A stretch of 64,000 nt of DNA from Rhodospirillales bacterium (lineage in GTDB: Bacteria; Pseudomonadota; Alphaproteobacteria; Rhodospirillales; Defluviicoccaceae). The translations under genes were made by a program, and so were the position numbers. Below the pieces are notes generated by a model. The model was not told the DNA's origin and did not search any database. It saw only the letters and a program-made list of their open reading frames with translations. Shown one piece after another: positions 59,030-64,000 of the stretch (positions within the stretch are counted from its first letter, which is position 1; the number at the start of each line of letters is the position of its first letter). The DNA lies in the NCBI GenBank assembly GCA_050329575.1, contig JBHJOP010000039.1, positions 15,812 to 79,811 on the forward strand. Direction: 5' to 3'.

Positions 59030-59329
59030 CTATCCTCTCCTCGCCTGCTTAGCGAACTGGGGGTGAACGGGCGGCCCATAGGCGCGGATCCGCTCCCGAA
59101 AGCGAGTCGGCCGCACATCGTCGCCATCGACGACGACGTCGATCAGATAGGGGGCGACGACCTTTCGTTCGGCGATCGCCCGCTCCGCCTCGGCCAGCAT
59201 CGCCTCGCCCTCCTCCTTGCCCTCGGCGAGGCGACTGGCGCCGATCCGTTCGGACCAGCCGCCGTCGCCGGCCAGGTAGATCACCGCGCCGTCCTCGAGC
59301 CGGTTGGCGGTCACCACGTGCACCGTCAT
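59030..59329 (-). CDS. DUF2849 protein
   Basis: 99 aa. VVTANRLEDGAVIYL...PYLIDV...RERIRAYGP. It lies between cysG and cysI, as is typical for alphaproteobacteria. Confidence 0.75.
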   Translation of the reverse strand: MTVHVVTANRLEDGAVIYLAGDGGWSERIGASRLAEGKEEGEAMLAEAERAIAERKVVAPYLIDVVVDGDDVRPTRFRERIRAYGPPVHPQFAKQARRG

Positions 59330-59359
59330 CGTCGTCGTTCCTTCTCCACAACCCCGTCG

Positions 59360-60766
59360 TCAACCGACCGCTGCCCGGCGGAGGTCGGAGGCCACCCAGG
59401 CGTCGGCCTGGCGCACCACCTCGCCGACCACGATCAGCGCCGGTCCGCCCGGTGTGCGCGCCGCCAGGACCGCGAGTTCGTCGAGGGCACCGGTCGCCAC
59501 ATGCTGATCGGGGCGGGTGCCGTTGGTGATCACCGCAGCGGGCGTCGCCGGGTCCATGCCGGCGCCGATCAACCGCGCGGCGATCCGGCCGGCGATCGAG
59601 GCGCCCATGTAGACGACGAGGGTCTGACGGGTCCGCGCCAGCGCCGCCCAATCGACGTCCGGTTCGCCGTCCCGGCCGTGGCCGGTGATCAACACCGCCG
59701 CCTGGGCATCGCCACGATGGGTCAGCGGGATGCCGGCCGCCGCCGTACAGCCGCTCGCGGCGGTAACACCCGCCACCACCTCCGCCCGCACGCCGTGGCG
59801 GGCCAGGAATTCCCGCTCCTCGCCGCCGCGCCCGAACACGAACGGATCGCCGCCTTTCAGGCGCACCACGCAGCGGCCGGACCGCGCCTCGCGGAGCAGC
59901 AGCTCGTTGATCTCGCCCTGACTGCGGCTGTGCGCCCCTTTGCGCTTGCCGACGTCGATGCGCTCCGCATCGCGGCGGGCGTAGTCGAGGATCTCCGGGG
60001 CCACCAGCCGGTCGTGGACGATGACATCGGCTTCCTGCAGCAAGCGGAACGCTCGCAACGTCAACAGGTCGGGATCGCCCGGCCCGGCGCCGACGATATG
60101 GACCGTTCCCGGTGGCGACCGATCGCCGTCCGGGCGATTGACGGTCGCCAGCATCCGTTCCCGCGCCCATCGCTCGTCGCCGGCCAGCACCGCGGCGGCG
60201 ATCGGACCGGCGAAGAACCGCTCCCAGAACCGCCGGCGGGCGGCCGGGTCCGGATGAACGCCTGCGACCGCGCGCCGAAACCGGTCGGCGAAGCGGGCGA
60301 GACGACCGAGGTTGGCGGGCAGCAGCGCCTCGATCCTCGCCCGCAGGGCCCGTGCCAGCACCGGTGCGGTTCCCGCCGTCGACACCGCGACGGTCACCGG
60401 ATCGCGATCGATGATCGCCGGCATGACGAACGTCGACAGCGCCGGGGCGTCGACGACGTTGACCGGCACGCCGGCGGCGATCGCGGCCTCGGACACCGAC
60501 GCGTCGATGTCGGCGCGGCCGGTGGCGGCGATCACCACCGCCCTGCCGGCGACGTCGCCGGCGGTGAACGACCTGGCGATCAGCCGAACCTCGCCGGCCT
60601 CGACCATCGCGCGGAGGGTCTCGCCACAGCCGGGCGCGACGACGTCGACCCGAGCCGCGGCGCCGCGCAGCAATCGCGCCTTGCGGGCCGACGCCTCGCC
60701 ACCGCCGACGACGAGGGTCGCCCGTTCCCTGAGGTCGAGGAAGATCGGTAGGTTCCGCATGCTCAA
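59360..60766 (-). CDS. cysG: Siroheme synthase (precorrin-2 dehydrogenase/ferrochelatase plus uroporphyrinogen-III C-methyltransferase)
   Basis: 468 aa. The N-terminus LPIFLDLRERATLVVGGGEASARK is the Rossmann fold of the dehydrogenase part. The C-terminal half has VHIVGAGPGDPDLLT and RLKGGDPFVFGRGGEE. Confidence 0.9.
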   Translation of the reverse strand: MSMRNLPIFLDLRERATLVVGGGEASARKARLLRGAAARVDVVAPGCGETLRAMVEAGEVRLIARSFTAGDVAGRAVVIAATGRADIDASVSEAAIAAGVPVNVVDAPALSTFVMPAIIDRDPVTVAVSTAGTAPVLARALRARIEALLPANLGRLARFADRFRRAVAGVHPDPAARRRFWERFFAGPIAAAVLAGDERWARERMLATVNRPDGDRSPPGTVHIVGAGPGDPDLLTLRAFRLLQEADVIVHDRLVAPEILDYARRDAERIDVGKRKGAHSRSQGEINELLLREARSGRCVVRLKGGDPFVFGRGGEEREFLARHGVRAEVVAGVTAASGCTAAAGIPLTHRGDAQAAVLITGHGRDGEPDVDWAALARTRQTLVVYMGASIAGRIAARLIGAGMDPATPAAVITNGTRPDQHVATGALDELAVLAARTPGGPALIVVGEVVRQADAWVASDLRRAAVG

Positions 60767-60830
60767 CCCGTGCGTCCCGTCGTTGACGACCGACCGCGCC
60801 CAAGGCCGGTTGGGCCTCGCAAGGCGCGGA

Positions 60831-60925
60831 TGATATCACATACACATATTGTGTTTCTGTCGTTAATTAGCATAGCTCTGTGTGGAATGGAATCATACTA
60901 CAAATTATAGTCGCTAAATTTTTTT
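60831..60925. promoter_or_regulatory. AT-rich divergent control region between cysG and the yhhQ-like gene
   Basis: A hand count gives 29 G/C in 95 nt. It contains the palindrome ACACA-TAT-TGTGT (60842-60854), a perfect minus-strand TATAAT (60904-60909) pointing at cysG, and a T7 run (60919-60925). Confidence 0.5.
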
Positions 60926-60962
60926 CCCGTGCCGGCCGTGGAAGCGCGGGAGGGGACGGTGT

Positions 60963-61595
60963 ATGACGGATCTTCGTCGGTCGGCCCGACCCGGGCCGAC
61001 GACCGGACCTCGCGACGGGAGCCACGATCGCCCGATGGACCGTTCCCCTGCGCTCGACCTCGCCGTCTTCGCGATCGCCATGGTGGTCATCGTCACCGCC
61101 TCCAACGTCCTGGTCCAGCATCCGATCAACGCCTGGCTGACCTGGGCCGCCTTCACCTATCCGGTGTCGTTCCTGATCACCGACCTCTGCAACCGACGGC
61201 TCGGCCCGGCCGATGCGCGCCGCGTCGTCTGTGCCGGCTTCGTCGTCGCCGTCGCGCTGTCGGCGCTGCTCGCGACACCGAGGATCGCCGTCGCCTCCGG
61301 CCTCGCCTTCCTCGTCGCCCAGCTCCTCGACGTCGCGCTCTTCCACCGGCTGCGGCGGCGGACCTGGTGGATCCCGCCCCTGGTCTCCTCGCTGCTCGGC
61401 TCCGCGGTCGACACCGCGCTGTTCTTCGCCATCGCCTTCGCCGGCAGCGGGCTGCCGTGGGTGACGTGGGCGATCGGTGATTTCGCGGTCAAGGTGACGA
61501 TGGCGCTGCTGCTGCTCGTCCCCTTCCGTTCCCTGCTGCGCCTCACCGCCCCGCCGCCGCTGGGCGCATCGATCGGTGACGGGCGGTGTCGCTGA
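60963..61595 (+). CDS. yhhQ: VUT-family queuosine-precursor transporter (YhhQ/DUF165-like)
   Basis: FTYPVSFLITDLCNRRLGP, VAQLLDVALFHRLRR, SSLLGSAVDTALFFAIAF. ATG 61035 is an alternative start. Confidence 0.75.
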   Translation: MTDLRRSARPGPTTGPRDGSHDRPMDRSPALDLAVFAIAMVVIVTASNVLVQHPINAWLTWAAFTYPVSFLITDLCNRRLGPADARRVVCAGFVVAVALSALLATPRIAVASGLAFLVAQLLDVALFHRLRRRTWWIPPLVSSLLGSAVDTALFFAIAFAGSGLPWVTWAIGDFAVKVTMALLLLVPFRSLLRLTAPPPLGASIGDGRCR

Positions 61596-61659
61596 AGCGC
61601 GGACGGGGCGGCGACATCCCGAGGCGCGCCGACGACCCCGTTGGTGTAGATCCGTCGCC

Positions 61660-61821
61660 ATGAACAGGCGGTTAACCGTTCTCGCCGCCCTCCTGCTCGC
61701 GCTCGCGGTCGGTCTCGCGGCGCCGGTCCGAACGGCGGCGATCCAGCTGCTGGTCCGCGTCCGCGACGCCTTCGTCGTCGTGTTCGTCGACGCCGCCAAC
61801 TTCGTCGCCGGCTGCTTCTGA
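61660..61821 (+). CDS. Possible small exported/membrane peptide
   Basis: 53 codons: MNRRLTVLAALLLALAVGLAAP... The only support is the signal-like N-terminus and the gap upstream of parE. Confidence 0.2.
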   Translation: MNRRLTVLAALLLALAVGLAAPVRTAAIQLLVRVRDAFVVVFVDAANFVAGCF

Positions 61822-61920
61822 ACCGCGCGGCAGCCACGCCGGGGACCACAAGATATTGGTAGGCTGCGGCGGCGGGCTACCGTATAATGCCGACGAACGA
61901 AGGGGAAACATCTCCGGGGC

Positions 61921-63921
61921 ATGCGCATGCAGGATCTCTTTCAGCGGCCGACCGCCGCCCGCGAGGACTACACCGCCAAGGACATCGAGGTTCTCGAGGG
62001 CCTGGAGCCGGTGCGGCGCCGGCCGGCGATGTACATCGGCGGCACCGACGAGCGGGCGCTGCACCACCTGGTGGCGGAGCTGCTCGACAACGCCATGGAC
62101 GAGGCGGTCGCCGGCCACGCCTCCCGCATCGAGCTCGACCTCGCCGCCGACGGCACGGTGACGGTGCGCGACAACGGCCGCGGCATTCCCGTCGACCCCC
62201 ATCCGAAGTTCAGGACCAAGTCCGCCCTCGAGGTGATCCTGACCACGCTGCATTCGGGCGGCAAGTTCGGCGGCAAGGTCTACCACACCGCGGGCGGGCT
62301 GCACGGGGTCGGGCTGTCGGTGGTCAACGCGCTCTCCGACCGGCTGACCGTCGAGGTCGCCCGCGACCGCTGCCTGTGGACCCAGGACTACGCCCGCGGC
62401 AAGCCGCAGGGGCCGCTGATCAACCGGGGAGCCGTGCACAACCGCCGCGGCACCTCGGTCGGCTTCCACGCCGATGCGGCGATCTTCGGCTCCGACGCCC
62501 GCCCGCGGCCGGCGGCGCTGTACCGGATGGCGCGCTCCAAGGCCTACCTGTTCCGCGGCGTCGAGATCCGCTGGGGGTGCGATCCGGCGCTGATCGCCGC
62601 CGGCGATCCGACCCCGGCCGCCGACGTGCTGCGCTTCCCGGGCGGGCTGCACGACTTCCTGGTCTCGGCGCTCGGCGACCGGCCGCTGGTGACGCCGGCG
62701 CCGTTCTCCGGCCAGGCGGCGCTCGACGGCGGCACCGGCAAGGTCGAATGGGCGGTGGCGTGGCCGGCCGACGGCGAGGACGGCTTCCTCAACGCCTACT
62801 GCAACACGGTGCCGACGCCGCTCGGCGGCACCCACGAGGCCGGCTTCCGGACGGCGCTGACGCGCGGCCTCAAGGCCTACGCCGAGCTGGTCGGCAACCG
62901 CGCCGCCGCCCGGATCGCCGCCGAGGACGTGCTCGGCGGCGCCGCGGCGATGCTGTCGGTGTTCATCCCCGAGCCGCAGTTCCAGGGCCAGACCAAGGAG
63001 CGGCTGACGACGCCCGCGGCGGCGCGGCTGGTCGAGACCGGGGTGCGCGACCATTTCGACCACTGGCTGTCGGGGGCGCCGGAGACGGCGAAGGCGCTCA
63101 TCGACGAGATCGTCGCCCGCGCCGAGCAGCGGCTGCGCCGCCGCCAGGAGAAGGAGACGCGGCGCAAGACCGCGACCCGCCGGCTGCGGCTGCCCGGCAA
63201 GCTCGCCGACTGCGCCCGCACCACCGCCGCCGGCACCGAGCTGTTCCTGGTCGAGGGCGATTCCGCCGGCGGCTCGGCCAAGCAGGCCCGCGACCGAGAG
63301 ACCCAGGCGGTGCTGCCGCTGAAGGGCAAGATCCTCAACGTCGCCAGCGCGTCGGCCGACAAGCAGCGCGCCAACCAGGAGCTGCGCGACCTCGTCGAGG
63401 CGCTCGGCTGCGGCATCGGCGGCGGCCTCGAGCTCTCGGCGCTGCGCTACGAGAAGGTGGTCATCATGACCGACGCCGACGTCGACGGCGCCCACATCGC
63501 CGCGCTGTTGATGACCTTCTTCTTCACCGAGATGCCGCGGCTGATCGAGGCCGGCCACCTGTTCCTGGCGGTGCCGCCGCTCTACCGGCTGACCTGCGGC
63601 GCGACCACGCTCTATGCCCGCGACGACGCCGACCGCGACCGGCTGCTGCGGACGCTGCCGGCCGGCCGCGCCAAGCTCGAGGTCAGCCGCTTCAAGGGCC
63701 TGGGCGAGATGCCGCCGGCGCAGCTCAAGGCGACGACCATGAGCCCGGCGACGCGGTCGCTGCTGCGCGTCGTGCTGCCCGGCCGGGGACCGGGGCCGGG
63801 GCCCGACGGCGGCGGCGGCGACACCGCCCGCCTGGTCGAGACGCTGATGGGCCGCCGCCCGGAGCTCCGCTTCGCCTACATCCAGGAGCACGCCCGCTTC
63901 GTCGCGGCGATCGACGTCTAG
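61921..63921 (+). CDS. parE: DNA topoisomerase IV subunit B
   Basis: 666 aa. IEVLEGLEPVRRRPAMYIGGT, HHLVAELLDNAMDE, GRGIPV, LVEGDSAGGSAKQARDR, IMTDADVDGAHI. The length and lack of the GyrB insertion favour ParE. Confidence 0.9.
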   Translation: MRMQDLFQRPTAAREDYTAKDIEVLEGLEPVRRRPAMYIGGTDERALHHLVAELLDNAMDEAVAGHASRIELDLAADGTVTVRDNGRGIPVDPHPKFRTKSALEVILTTLHSGGKFGGKVYHTAGGLHGVGLSVVNALSDRLTVEVARDRCLWTQDYARGKPQGPLINRGAVHNRRGTSVGFHADAAIFGSDARPRPAALYRMARSKAYLFRGVEIRWGCDPALIAAGDPTPAADVLRFPGGLHDFLVSALGDRPLVTPAPFSGQAALDGGTGKVEWAVAWPADGEDGFLNAYCNTVPTPLGGTHEAGFRTALTRGLKAYAELVGNRAAARIAAEDVLGGAAAMLSVFIPEPQFQGQTKERLTTPAAARLVETGVRDHFDHWLSGAPETAKALIDEIVARAEQRLRRRQEKETRRKTATRRLRLPGKLADCARTTAAGTELFLVEGDSAGGSAKQARDRETQAVLPLKGKILNVASASADKQRANQELRDLVEALGCGIGGGLELSALRYEKVVIMTDADVDGAHIAALLMTFFFTEMPRLIEAGHLFLAVPPLYRLTCGATTLYARDDADRDRLLRTLPAGRAKLEVSRFKGLGEMPPAQLKATTMSPATRSLLRVVLPGRGPGPGPDGGGGDTARLVETLMGRRPELRFAYIQEHARFVAAIDV

Positions 63922-64000
63922 GCCCGAAAGGCCGCGGCGGGCCCAGGGCGGACCCGGGCGGACCCGGGCGCGCGGCCGATCCCCCACCCGGCGGCGGGGT

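Noticed and set aside
60926-60962. Looked for a preQ1 riboswitch upstream of the yhhQ-like transporter
   Set aside because: There is no short hairpin followed by an A-rich tail with a CTA pseudoknot partner on the plus strand. The region is T-rich rather than A-rich.
61672-63987. 771-aa minus-strand ORF antisense to parE
   Set aside because: GC artefact. The plus strand encodes all GHKL and Toprim motifs.

Overview
High-G+C chromosomal segment with alphaproteobacterial gene content: an NDUFA12/MlaD/DUF2155 cluster, a sulfite-reductase operon carrying DUF934 and DUF2849, TAXI-type TRAP transporters, ParE and a class II RNR. The tRNA-His has an encoded G-1:C73, which argues for a lineage outside the Rhizobiales/Rhodobacterales/Caulobacterales group, for example Rhodospirillales-like. 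I can support about 70 protein genes, one tRNA, and no rRNA, CRISPR array or intact prophage. Most of the window is housekeeping: apt, mutY, aroQ-accBC, aat, nrdJ, aroE, glnBA, cysGIH, parE. The parts worth a second look, in window order: (1) a frameshifted ISAs1 copy. (2) An 11-gene Mrp/Mbh-like antiporter module with three NuoL/M/N-type subunits, NTGA start/stop coupling at most junctions and an in-frame TAA inside its DUF4040 domain. (3) A complete ATP-grasp / alpha-E / transglutaminase / Anbu proteasome-homologue operon. The architecture is known, the function is not, and here the nucleophile position is Ser. (4) An orphan Panacea (DUF4065) antitoxin-type gene. (5) A ydbH-ynbE-ydbL lipid-transport operon. 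(6) A 368-bp lower-GC leader upstream of an ornithine/lysine decarboxylase, containing a 31-codon uORF with a near-ideal Shine-Dalgarno. (7) A ThiS-ThiG fusion. (8) A SMODS/CD-NTase-like nucleotidyltransferase whose catalytic positions look substituted, lying directly against a decayed vapBC module. (9) A 95-bp AT-rich island between cysG and a yhhQ-like gene. The many very long ORFs antisense to real genes are treated as GC artefacts. All family assignments are by-eye motif recognition; no searches were run.
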